Assembly: GCA_016184345.1 (NCBI GenBank)
Contig: JACPCV010000003.1
Span: forward strand, 110,094 to 174,093
Source of the DNA: Candidatus Woesearchaeota archaeon
GTDB taxonomy: Archaea > Nanobdellota > Nanobdellia > Woesearchaeales > UBA10216
DNA length: 64,000 nucleotides
Direction: 5' to 3'
Of this stretch, positions 47,201 to 56,527 are shown piece by piece. Position 1 is the stretch's first letter, and each line of letters starts with the position of its first letter. The position numbers and the translations under genes were made by a program. The notes below the pieces were generated by a model, which was not told the origin of the DNA, searched no databases, and was given only the letters and a program-made list of their open reading frames with translations.

Positions 47201-47338
47201 AACTGCCCTTGCTGCCTTCATGATTGCAGAGGTTATCTTTTCAGGGTCAAAGTCAACAACCCTGCCGTCCCTCTTCACAATCTTGCCCATCTTTGCCACC
47301 GTTACACTCTTTGAAGAATCCGCAGCTTTCGGCACCAT
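44258..47338 (-). CDS. nrdJ: Class II (AdoCbl-dependent) ribonucleotide reductase with ATP cone
   Basis: VKRDG ATP cone, NCF, RRGA, TNPCGE, APTGT and KGITVYR motifs; adjacent to pduO and nrdR. Confidence 0.95.
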   Translation of the reverse strand: MVPKAADSSKSVTVAKMGKIVKRDGRVVDFDPEKITSAIMKAARAVGGSDRKEAERLTALVVKYAAKSDNVPTVEEVQDAVEKVLIEEGHARTAKAYILYRAKRAELRQAAAEAAKGTDGEKTALLDMFAHKSKLASIIGYDRLEAYKNLLFFLKEKQKSGELPVHPGDYLNGNELATNIFQKKYYLKDLDNKLIEKRPEDAYARLASFMAAVESTPEKQREWAARFYRALYEGQFVPGGRVIAGGGDLYRLKTLSNCFVSVISEDNIESIYQSAYECARTYSYGGGIGVDISVLRPRGSVVHNAADTSTGSVSFMELFSLTTGLIGQSGRRGALMLTIDIKHPDSPYFINVKKIPSWVTNQIVEQCKWSGKFDEKQLREIERQVRENTQIRFANISLKVSDEFMQAVEEQNKYGTEKILVYLKDKGVSGLGIMQGGAVHYSYGIPSKPIEKYTLLKSFDGINELNKFLAGHGTQPLSESGLAEAAKRDMFGDYVVPDRNSEFDLAIKYAGDFMLYYNARETGEIKRVVKARTIWNAFIEGNYRTAEPGLIFWSTMTKYSPSNYAGRPIASTNPCGEVPLEDGGACNLASINLSRFVKDGYTDNAEADWEGIREATALTIRFLDNVVTWNELLNPMEKQRKAAYETRRLGLGVMGIADMLNQLAVGYDSEEGVKILEETAKLFANTAYQASANLAEEKSPSPIFEYEAYTKGRFFQEMLTGETKELIRKKGLRNIAILSIAPTGTISNIVLGYKLGDRNFIGVSGGIEPVFALYYTRRSEGLTSGGTNMFFKIFHSTVDAYIQQHNLAEEAQKCKDAEELKRILPEHFFRTAHFIDPSRRVVVQGLWQKYIDHSISSTVNLPEDIDPETISNIYLDAWKHGLKGITVYREGSRYPILSTDAKKTEWQKVKEETYDVEIDGEQKLMRGEDVIALPNGRLTTVYSAVRNGQLGKSGGRYVFSKTTEAVEMATPAGPAASAVETGKHDEITASDMKLSLCPSCKKKTLKIENGCHACLNTDCGFSKCEI

Positions 47339-47358
47339 GTTTCATTACCTCGCAATAA

Positions 47359-47407
47359 ATACAACCTGTTGTGTTTCTCTCCCGTCTAGAACCCCAATAT
47401 GTTGTGG
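47359..47407 (-). promoter_or_regulatory. Tandem NrdR boxes downstream of the nrdJ TATA box
   Basis: ATACAACCTGTTGTGT (47359) and CCCCAATATGTTGTGG (47392), 33 bp apart; TATA TTTATATA near 47424-47431. Confidence 0.8.
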
Positions 47408-47546
47408 TTTCTGGATTCACAGGTATATAAAGGTTTTTGTGCCAAAAACTATATTAGCCATAACTCATAATAGAATTTCTAGCTGCGGTTGATATAAATT
47501 GAACTTGCTATAAAGTTTATATAAACACGTTCATTTTCCCTGGCAA

Positions 47547-48107
47547 ATGGATATTCGCATTGAATGGAGTTCTCAGATGCCCCAACATGGGCAAATTGTA
47601 ACTGAGGAATATTCCACTGCCGATGGTCGCTTTTTTTCAGCATATTGGACGCCAGACCCTCTTGTTACTCCCGAACAAAGGGTAGCGTCTGTTAAAGGTC
47701 TCTATGCTGCTTTAAAGGACAAGTTGCCTCAGCAAACAGAGGCGTATTATATTTTTTGGGCTGACCCGGAAGAGCATAATCATAAGTTTGACAAGTGGGT
47801 TAACCATTCACACCATATTGAGGTAGGGCCTGTGCCTCTTGAGGAAATTCTTGAAAGGCACCTAACTCCTTCTTCTGTCACTACAATGTTCAGGACATAC
47901 GCTGATGTCTGTGTTTGGATGACCGCGGTTCACAGCCAGGTTACGAACACCCCGCCATTGGCAGGCATTATATCACGCCTTTCCCTTCCTGCTGAAGCAG
48001 TTAAAGGGTTTTATCATGCCACTTCAGGCAATGACCCCGCTGCGCCTATAGGGGGCTTCGATAACCTTGTGAACATCATGCGGCAGTATCCTGAAAGGGC
48101 GGGCTAA
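47547..48107 (+). CDS. Hypothetical protein
   Basis: 186-aa ORF with an upstream TATA. Confidence 0.7.
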   Translation: MDIRIEWSSQMPQHGQIVTEEYSTADGRFFSAYWTPDPLVTPEQRVASVKGLYAALKDKLPQQTEAYYIFWADPEEHNHKFDKWVNHSHHIEVGPVPLEEILERHLTPSSVTTMFRTYADVCVWMTAVHSQVTNTPPLAGIISRLSLPAEAVKGFYHATSGNDPAAPIGGFDNLVNIMRQYPERAG

Positions 48108-48142
48108 AACTTTAAAAACATTCAGCTGCATTTACTGTAATT

Positions 48143-48544
48143 ATGCCTGGCGCAATCCCCCACATCGCAGTTGGCCTTCTATCAGCTGCCCTTGTCCACC
48201 GGAAGCACATGCGGCTTGAGTTCAGCATTGCCGTGTTCCTTGGCAACCTTCTTCCTGATGCGATAAGGCAGGGCATCTCCGCAATAACCCAGGGCACACT
48301 GGACGTTTTGCACGTTAAGCAGGACAGGCTGTTCAACTTTCTCTCAGCAACTACCAACAGCCCTGCAAACTGGTTCACCCTTGGCTTCTTCCTCCTGTTA
48401 CTAATAACTTTCTTTTACCATTACCACGTCATCAAGAAAAAGAAGTTGTGGGAGTATGAGGAGCTTTACATCTTCCTGCTGCTGGGAATCATTACCCACT
48501 TAATCATGGACGCATTGATCATTGAGAAAGGGCCGTGGTTCTGA
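48143..48544 (+). CDS. Membrane-bound metal-dependent hydrolase-like protein (YdjM-like)
   Basis: N-terminal H, GNLLPD and THLIMD motifs. Confidence 0.65.
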   Translation: MPGAIPHIAVGLLSAALVHRKHMRLEFSIAVFLGNLLPDAIRQGISAITQGTLDVLHVKQDRLFNFLSATTNSPANWFTLGFFLLLLITFFYHYHVIKKKKLWEYEELYIFLLLGIITHLIMDALIIEKGPWF

Positions 48545-48592
48545 ACTCTGATTATTTTTTTGAAATTTTCCATACGAGCTCAAAATATTAAT

Positions 48593-48697
48593 GAATTACC
48601 CAACCGCAGCAGAGCTGCGGGGTATCAGAAACAGACAAAAGAACCAAAGAATCACAACGCCCCAGAGGGACGGGGAATTAACCCAAACGGGATTAAA
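48593..48697. mobile_element. Non-autonomous two-hairpin element resembling IS200/IS605 ends
   Basis: Hairpins CCGCAGC-AGA-GCTGCGG and CGCCCC-AGA-GGGACG; direct repeat GAATTA(A)CCCAA. Confidence 0.55.
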
Positions 48698-48702
48698 ATA
48701 AG

Positions 48703-49527
48703 TTAGCCCTCATAAATCCCCTTCAGCATCAGCGCATCGCCCTCAATGTTCGGGCTCTCAGAGATAACAATCCCTGCTATATTGAATTCCTTCCAGCTTG
48801 CAACCATTTCTTTATATTGCAAGTCAGAATCTTTCAGTGTAAGGTGGTTCAGCTCTCCCTTGTCGCTGTAATTAACTCCGGCAATCTGTATGTGCATTTC
48901 TTTCAGCGCTTCTTTCCCGAGCGCTTTCTCAACAGCAGCCAGTATATCACAGAATTCGCCATGGCTGTTGTTGTTGCTTTCCCGTGCGTGCATGTGTGCG
49001 TAGTCAATGCACGGCATTACCTGCTCGATTTCCTGGCACAGCCGCAGTATCTCATGCAAATCGCCAAACTGGCTTCTCTTGCCTGTCGTTTCAGGCCTTA
49101 CAGTTATCTTGCAGCCGCTGTTTTTTAGCTTGGCAACAACAGCCTTTAGTTCCTTTTTCACTGTTTCGTAAGCTTTTTCCTTGCTTTTGCCAAGATAGTA
49201 TCCTGGGTGGAACGCTACGCTCACCCCTCCGCACATTTCAGCAACTTGTGCAGCCTTCACCAGTCTTTTTTTGCTCGCCTCCAGCTTCGCATCCTCAACT
49301 GCATTCAAATTGATGTAATAAGGCGCATGGCACGTCAGCACAACGTTTTCTTCCCCAGCAACTGCTTTTATTTTCGGTGCATTCTCCCTGCTTATATTCA
49401 CTGACTGAACGAATTCAAGCTCCATTGCGTCCAAGCCCAGCTCTTTAACTGCCTTTATTCCTGAAGCAGTGTCAGTTCCCTTGGCTGCTATCGGGATGCC
49501 CGCTGTGCCGAAGAGGAGTTTTGTCAT
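48703..49527 (-). CDS. nfo: Endonuclease IV (AP endonuclease)
   Basis: HAPYYINL, FHPG, ETTGK and DYAH motifs. Confidence 0.92.
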   Translation of the reverse strand: MTKLLFGTAGIPIAAKGTDTASGIKAVKELGLDAMELEFVQSVNISRENAPKIKAVAGEENVVLTCHAPYYINLNAVEDAKLEASKKRLVKAAQVAEMCGGVSVAFHPGYYLGKSKEKAYETVKKELKAVVAKLKNSGCKITVRPETTGKRSQFGDLHEILRLCQEIEQVMPCIDYAHMHARESNNNSHGEFCDILAAVEKALGKEALKEMHIQIAGVNYSDKGELNHLTLKDSDLQYKEMVASWKEFNIAGIVISESPNIEGDALMLKGIYEG

Positions 49528-49533
49528 TAGAAC

Positions 49534-49788
49534 TTATATCAGCTTTTCCCCGTTCTCTTTCTTCTTCAGGTGTATGACGTTTACCGGGCAGGCTTCTGCA
49601 GCTTCCTTGTTCATTTTAAGGTTTTCCTCGCTTATTTCAAGCTCCTGCCAGCCGTCCTCCCTTTGCTTGCCGCCTTTTATGTCTGACCTGCCGTCTTCGT
49701 TCATTTCCCAGTGCTTCGGGTTGACTGCCGCGCACGCCGCACAGCCAATGCAGTTTGGCCTGTCGTGCTCAAGGATGAATTCTGTCAT
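49534..49788 (-). CDS. Ferredoxin
   Basis: CIGCAAC..CPVNVI. Confidence 0.9.
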   Translation of the reverse strand: MTEFILEHDRPNCIGCAACAAVNPKHWEMNEDGRSDIKGGKQREDGWQELEISEENLKMNKEAAEACPVNVIHLKKKENGEKLI

Positions 49789-50630
49789 TGCGCCTTCACC
49801 TTTATTGATTCGTAGCCCTTGTTTTCTATCTGCTGCACCAGTTCTGCCCCGCCGCTTTTGGCAATCTTCCCAGCCATCATTATATATACCCTGTTGGGCT
49901 TTACATAATCAAGTATTCTTTGGTAATGCGTTATCAGGAGGACTCCGGTTTCAGGGTTTAGCAGCCTGTTGATTCCTTCTGCAACGACCTTCAGCGAGTC
50001 AACGTCGAGCCCGGAGTCTGTCTCATCCAAAACAGCCATTTCCGGTTTGAGCATTGCCATCTGGAGTATTTCGGCCCGCTTTTTTTCCCCTCCTGAGAAC
50101 CCTTCGTTGAGGTAGCGGTGCATGAATGACTCGTCAATTTTAAGCATTTTCATTTTTTCCCTGAGCTGTTTGATGAACTCGCCCACAGGCATGGGATTCC
50201 CAAGTCGCAAATCGGGTTGCGCCCGATTGCGCATTCCGCCGTTCGCGGAATTGCGCTGCTGCGACTGGGCCCCGTCGACTCCTGTCGACGTGGGTTTCTT
50301 GTCCCTTCTTGAGTTTATCGCTGTCCTGAGGAAGTTTGCCATGCTTACCCCTGGAACTTCGCTTGGGTACTGGAATGAGAGGAACAGCCCTTTTTTAGCT
50401 CGTTCGTTTGGCGGCAGCTTTGTTATATCCTCGCCCTTGAAGGTTATCTTCCCGGCTGTTACTTTGTAGTTTGGGTGCCCCATCAGCGCATAGCCCAGCG
50501 AGCTTTTGCCTGCCCCGTTTGGCCCCATGAGCGCCGCAACTTCTCCCTTGCTGGCTTCAAGGTTCACTCCTTTGAGTATTTCCTTGCCTTCAATTTCCAC
50601 ATGCAAATTTTTTATTTCGAGGTCGCTCAT
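49785..50630 (-). CDS. sufC: Fe-S assembly ATPase SufC with a 32-aa repeat-derived insert
   Basis: GPNGAGKS, FSGGEKKR and DETDSGLD motifs. Confidence 0.96.
   Translation of the reverse strand: MSDLEIKNLHVEIEGKEILKGVNLEASKGEVAALMGPNGAGKSSLGYALMGHPNYKVTAGKITFKGEDITKLPPNERAKKGLFLSFQYPSEVPGVSMANFLRTAINSRRDKKPTSTGVDGAQSQQRNSANGGMRNRAQPDLRLGNPMPVGEFIKQLREKMKMLKIDESFMHRYLNEGFSGGEKKRAEILQMAMLKPEMAVLDETDSGLDVDSLKVVAEGINRLLNPETGVLLITHYQRILDYVKPNRVYIMMAGKIAKSGGAELVQQIENKGYESIKVKAQ
50199..50294 (-). repeat. Family B palindromic element, 96 nt, in-frame in sufC
   Basis: Near-identical to 23080..23175. Confidence 0.92.
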
Positions 50631-51037
50631 TTTGCTTTTCCAGCTTCATATTGCACTATTCCTTTTTGCATCGCCCTCAATGCGAGCAATGCACATTTTA
50701 CCCTTACAGGGCCCGGGTTTATCCTTATTATTTTAAGCATATCGTCTTTTGTCATTGCAACAGCGCCCTTTATCGTTTTTCCCTTCACTTCTTCGGTTAG
50801 CATTGAGGCGGCTGCCTGGCTTATGGCACACCCTTTGCCTGTGAACATGGCCTCTGTTACAGTTCCGTTTTCAATCTTGAGCTGCATTGTTATTTCATCT
50901 CCGCATACAGGGTTGTAATCGTGGTAGCTGGCATCCGCGTTTGCCATCTCTCCAAAATTCCTTGGGTTTTGGTAGTGGTCCATTATCTCTTCCCGGTATA
51001 GCTCCTCAATTGCGTCTGCAGCCGTTTCCTTGTTCAT
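50627..51037 (-). CDS. sufU: SufU/IscU-type scaffold protein
   Basis: LYRE.I.DHY..PRN, NPVCGD, GCAIS and RVKCA motifs. Confidence 0.9.
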   Translation of the reverse strand: MNKETAADAIEELYREEIMDHYQNPRNFGEMANADASYHDYNPVCGDEITMQLKIENGTVTEAMFTGKGCAISQAAASMLTEEVKGKTIKGAVAMTKDDMLKIIRINPGPVRVKCALLALRAMQKGIVQYEAGKAK

Positions 51038-52287
51038 TTTCGTGATTCGGGAATTGGTGTAGGCTTTTTTAGCTTTGCGGCTATCTCTTCCAGCGTCTCT
51101 GTGAATTTCTCTGCCTCTTCTGCTGTGTTGTACAGGTAGAAGCTTGCCCTTGTTGAGCCTGCTATGCCCAGAAGCCTTGCCAGCGGCATGGCGCAGTGGT
51201 GCCCTCCGCGAACAGCTATCCCTGCAGCATCAAGGAATGCCGAAACATCATGCGGGTGTGCTCCGTTAAGGTTGAACGCAACCAGGCCGCCCCTCTTCGC
51301 AGCATCCTTTGGCCCGTATACCGCAACATCTTTTATTCCCTGCAGCCTTTTCAGCGCAATTCTTGTAAGCATTCTCTCGTGCCCGTGGATGTTTTCCATT
51401 CCAATCTTCTGCAAATAATCAACAGCTGCAGCCAGCCCTACTGCTCCTGCCACGTTTGGGGTTCCTGCTTCAAGCTTCCAGGGCAGCTCGTTCCATTTGG
51501 CATCCTCAAAGCTCACTTCGCTTATCATGTCCCCGCCATAAAGCATCGGCTCTGTCTTTTCAAGCATTTCCTTCCTTCCGTAAAGCACTCCTGTTCCTGT
51601 CGGGCCCAGCATCTTATGCCCTGAGAAGGCCATGAAGTCGCAGCCGAGCTCTTTCACGTTTACCGGCATGTGCGGTACTGACTGCGCAGCGTCCAATACA
51701 CTTATCGCGCCCGCTTCTTTCGCTGCGGCAACGATTTCCTTTGCCTGGTTTATTGTCCCAAGAACGTTTGAAACGTGCGTGAACGCAACAACCTTTGTGT
51801 TCTTGCTTATGATGGAATGCAGTTGCTGCATGTCTAATTCTCCGTTGTTGTTAATCTCAGCATACCTCAGCTTTGCCCCTGCCTTTTTTGCTGCCTGCTG
51901 CCACGGAACTATGTTGCTGTGGTGCTCCATCTGTGTCAGCACTATCTCATCTCCTTTCTTCAGATGCCTTGCCAGAGAATTTGCAGCTATGTTGATTGAC
52001 TCTGTTGTGTTTTTGGTGAACACTATCTCTTCAATTCCTTCTGCATTGATGAACTCTGCAACTTTTTCGTGCGCGTCATCGTAAGCCTGTGTGGCTTCCT
52101 GGCTGAGCTTGTGGACTGCCCTGTGCACGTTTGAGTTGTAGCTTTCGTAGTAGCTGTCCATTGCCTGTATTACCTGCCTTGGCTTTTGCGTTGTTGCAGC
52201 GTTGTCAAGGTAAACAAGCGGTTTCCCGTAGACCTTCTTTTTTAGTATCGGGAAATCCTCTCGTATTTTCTTTGTGTTGAGCCTCAT
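51034..52287 (-). CDS. sufS: Cysteine desulfurase
   Basis: YLDNAATTQKP, SGHK and RGGHHCA motifs. Confidence 0.96.
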   Translation of the reverse strand: MRLNTKKIREDFPILKKKVYGKPLVYLDNAATTQKPRQVIQAMDSYYESYNSNVHRAVHKLSQEATQAYDDAHEKVAEFINAEGIEEIVFTKNTTESINIAANSLARHLKKGDEIVLTQMEHHSNIVPWQQAAKKAGAKLRYAEINNNGELDMQQLHSIISKNTKVVAFTHVSNVLGTINQAKEIVAAAKEAGAISVLDAAQSVPHMPVNVKELGCDFMAFSGHKMLGPTGTGVLYGRKEMLEKTEPMLYGGDMISEVSFEDAKWNELPWKLEAGTPNVAGAVGLAAAVDYLQKIGMENIHGHERMLTRIALKRLQGIKDVAVYGPKDAAKRGGLVAFNLNGAHPHDVSAFLDAAGIAVRGGHHCAMPLARLLGIAGSTRASFYLYNTAEEAEKFTETLEEIAAKLKKPTPIPESRK

Positions 52288-53540
52288 CGTGCCAGCCCCT
52301 CTTCATCGGCTTTTAGCTTGTTGTGGACTGTTTCCCTCATTTCATCTGCAAGCTCGGCAACCGGCAGTTCCCTCAGCAGCGGCTCGAAGAACCCTTCCAC
52401 TGCAAGAGTGGCTGCTTCCCTGCTGGTAAGCCCCCTGCTCATCAGGTAAAATAGCTTTTCAGCATCAAGCTGCCCCACTGCCGCCTCATGCGATGCCTTG
52501 ACGTCGTAGTTGTCAATTTCCAGCTTTGGTATTGGCGATGCCCTTGCAGTATCACTGAGCAGCAGCACGTTTGCCTTCTGGCGGCCTTCTGAGTTTGCCG
52601 CTGTTTTCATTATCTTAGTGAAGCTTTGCACAATCGCCTTGGCTTTTCCCTGCAATGCCCCCTTGATTCTGATGTTGCTTTTTGTATTTCTGGCGTTGTG
52701 CACCTCTTTTGCCAGGATGTCAAGCTGCTGGCTTCCCTCCCCAAAGAACGCGCCTGTGATGGTTGAGTTTGCTCCTTCGCCGTTTAGTGCAGTGATTGTC
52801 TCCTGCTTCATGCTTCCCTCTCCTGTGCTTATGTCAACCCAGTCAATAGCTGCGTCTTTTTCTGCCAGTGCCTTCCGTAGAATTGTGCTGTTTGCGTTGC
52901 TGCCGAGCTTCTGCAGCGTCGCGAACTTTACCGTCGCATTTGCAGCTGCTTTAACGTTAATGCATTCAATCCGGTAAGCATTGCCTTCAACAGCTGCTGT
53001 GGTGGTGAGTGATTCTGTGACAACAATATTTGCATTCTGTTCAGCAACTACAACTATGGCAACAATTTCCGTTTGCCGCTGCTGCAGATGCAGGTTTACG
53101 TGCTCAGCCGTTCCCCTGCTTTTCATTTTTGGAGCGTACACGAAGATGCCGCTGTTCCAGAAAGCCGAGTGGAGCGCTTCCAGCTTGTTACGGAAGTCGT
53201 TGCTTGTTATGAGGGGCCTGAGTACGTCCTCATATTTTATGGCGGCAACCGAAAGGTCTTCAACTATTGCGTTGCCTTCGCTGCAGCTCTTGTGGTTGAT
53301 GATGTTCTCCACCGGACGTAACTCGTTAAGTGCTATGTTTACCGGTGAGTTGACGTGCAGGCCGTAGCTCAGTTGCGGCATTGGCAGCTCTTCAAACGCC
53401 TCGAATGCTGCAAGCCTCTGCTGCAGCAGCCAGGCAGGCTCTTTCTTGGCAGCTGAAATCTTCCGTACTGCAGCCTCGCTCAATGCTCCATCTTCAAAAA
53501 TTTCTGTTTTTGTTGATTGCAATGTCATGGTAATTTGCAC
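52284..53540 (-). CDS. sufD: Fe-S assembly protein SufD
   Basis: PKLEI..DVKASHEA..LFYLMSRG. Confidence 0.9.
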   Translation of the reverse strand: MQITMTLQSTKTEIFEDGALSEAAVRKISAAKKEPAWLLQQRLAAFEAFEELPMPQLSYGLHVNSPVNIALNELRPVENIINHKSCSEGNAIVEDLSVAAIKYEDVLRPLITSNDFRNKLEALHSAFWNSGIFVYAPKMKSRGTAEHVNLHLQQRQTEIVAIVVVAEQNANIVVTESLTTTAAVEGNAYRIECINVKAAANATVKFATLQKLGSNANSTILRKALAEKDAAIDWVDISTGEGSMKQETITALNGEGANSTITGAFFGEGSQQLDILAKEVHNARNTKSNIRIKGALQGKAKAIVQSFTKIMKTAANSEGRQKANVLLLSDTARASPIPKLEIDNYDVKASHEAAVGQLDAEKLFYLMSRGLTSREAATLAVEGFFEPLLRELPVAELADEMRETVHNKLKADEEGLAR

Positions 53541-53561
53541 TCTCCAAAAATAAACCCAGGC

Positions 53562-54983
53562 TTACCCAATTGCGCCGGTCATATCCAGCTGTATCAGCCT
53601 GTTGAGCTCAACAGCGTATTCCATTGGCAGCTCCTTCATTATGGGCTCTATGAAGCCGGACACTATCAGCCTCACGGCTTCTTCCTCCTTCAGTCCGCGG
53701 CTCATGAGGTAGAATATCTTTTCTGTGCTGAGTTTCCCGACTGTTGCCTCGTGTGACATCTCAACCTTTTCTTCGTTGACGTCCATCACAGGCACCGTGT
53801 TTGATTTTGATTCCTCATCCATTATCAGCGCATCGCATACCGCGCTCACCCTGGAGTTAGTCGCCCCTTTGGCAATCTTCACAAGCCCCCTGTAGGTTGT
53901 TATGCCTCCGTGGCTGCTGATGCTTTTCATCTTTATCGTTGAAGAAGTGTTCTTGGCAAGGTGATAGACCTTTGCCCCGGTATCCTGGTTCTGCCCCTTT
54001 CCGGCGTAAGCTATTCCCAGGTGGTCAGCCCTTGCCCCTTCTCCCTTGAGCATGCTGCTTGGGTAGAGCATCGTTCCCTTTGAGCCGGCATTCCCTCCAA
54101 TCCATTCAATCACGCCGTTTCTTTCAACAACTGCCCTCTTCGTGTTCAAATTGTAAGTGCTCTTGCTCCAGTTTTCAACGCTGCTGTACCTGACCCTTGC
54201 CCCTTCCTTGACGTAAATCTCAACCCCTCCTGCGTGGAGCGAGTTGGAGCTGTACTGCGGTGCTGAGCACCCCTCAATGTAGCTCACCTCGCTGCCTGGC
54301 TCTGCGATAATTAGCGTGTGCTCGAACTGCCCGCCCTTTCTCGCGTTCATCCTGAAGTATGCCTGCAGCGGCATTCCCACTTTCACGCCTTTTGGCACGT
54401 AGATGAACGTCCCTCCTGACCACACTGCGGCATGCAGCATTATCAGCTTGTGGTCGTTTATGGGTATGCAGTTTGTCATGAAATACTCCTTTACAAGCTC
54501 GGGATATTTCTGGACTGCAACGTCCATGTCTTCAAAGATGACGCCTTTCTCTTCCCACTCTTTCTTGAGGTTGTGGTAAACTACTGAGCTGTCATACTGG
54601 GCTCCGGCCCCTGCCAGCGCCTTCCTTTCAGTTTCTGGTATGCCAAGCAAGTCAAAAGTCTTTCTTATTTCATCAGGCACTTCTTCCCACTTGTGTGCCT
54701 GTGCTGCGTCAGGCCTTGCGTAGTAAACAATCTCGTCAAAATCAATCCCGCTCAGGTCAAGCCCCCATGTTGGCACTGGAGTCTTCTTGAACCATTCGTA
54801 AGCCTCAAGCCTTTTCCTGAGCATCCATTCTGGCTCGTGCTTGTCTGCAGAAATCCGCCTTATGGCATCCTCGCTGAGCCCTTTTCCCGTGCTGGCTGCA
54901 AATTTCTCTTTCTGGCTTATGGAGTGTATCTTCCCAGCCGCTTTCTCAATCTGCAACACTAGCTTTTGGTTGTCCATTTTCAC
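53562..54983 (-). CDS. sufB: Fe-S assembly protein SufB
   Basis: GAQYDS, WSGG, EGCSAP and SHEA..FYLMSRG motifs. Confidence 0.96.
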   Translation of the reverse strand: MKMDNQKLVLQIEKAAGKIHSISQKEKFAASTGKGLSEDAIRRISADKHEPEWMLRKRLEAYEWFKKTPVPTWGLDLSGIDFDEIVYYARPDAAQAHKWEEVPDEIRKTFDLLGIPETERKALAGAGAQYDSSVVYHNLKKEWEEKGVIFEDMDVAVQKYPELVKEYFMTNCIPINDHKLIMLHAAVWSGGTFIYVPKGVKVGMPLQAYFRMNARKGGQFEHTLIIAEPGSEVSYIEGCSAPQYSSNSLHAGGVEIYVKEGARVRYSSVENWSKSTYNLNTKRAVVERNGVIEWIGGNAGSKGTMLYPSSMLKGEGARADHLGIAYAGKGQNQDTGAKVYHLAKNTSSTIKMKSISSHGGITTYRGLVKIAKGATNSRVSAVCDALIMDEESKSNTVPVMDVNEEKVEMSHEATVGKLSTEKIFYLMSRGLKEEEAVRLIVSGFIEPIMKELPMEYAVELNRLIQLDMTGAIG

Positions 54984-54985
54984 TG

Positions 54986-55354
54986 TTAGCCTTTAAAACA
55001 AACATCGCACCCTTGCGGCATGTCTGCTACTGCCTTGTGCAGCCCGCAAAAGAGTGTTCTATCCTTCCTCACTAGTTCTATGATGCGCTGGGTTTCCCTT
55101 ATCAGGTCTCCTTTCGTCTTTATTTTCCTGGCAGCAGCAGACACTTCCCTGTCAATTGTGCTGTTGAATTTTACTCCCACCGCCCTTTTGGAATTCAGGT
55201 ACTGGCTTACGGTTGATTCCTGCACGCACAGCAGCCCTGCAATGTCTTTCTGCTTCATGCCCTGCCCTTTCAATGCAGAGGCCATCCTGCTGCGTATGGT
55301 TGGCAGTATGTAAAACACCTCAACCTCCTGCGGCTGTATGATCTGCAGTTTCAT
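54986..55354 (-). CDS. HTH transcriptional regulator heading the suf operon
   Basis: PQEVEV..LP, HTH Q.DIA.LL....VSQYL..KR and C-terminal C..H..C..C. Confidence 0.85.
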   Translation of the reverse strand: MKLQIIQPQEVEVFYILPTIRSRMASALKGQGMKQKDIAGLLCVQESTVSQYLNSKRAVGVKFNSTIDREVSAAARKIKTKGDLIRETQRIIELVRKDRTLFCGLHKAVADMPQGCDVCFKG

Positions 55355-55378
55355 TGTCCCTCGCCCCCTGTTTACTAA

Positions 55379-56488
<1,110 letters not shown>

Positions 56489-56527
56489 CACAAAAATTAT
56501 TTATACGTTCCTCTTCTTGCACCGCCC

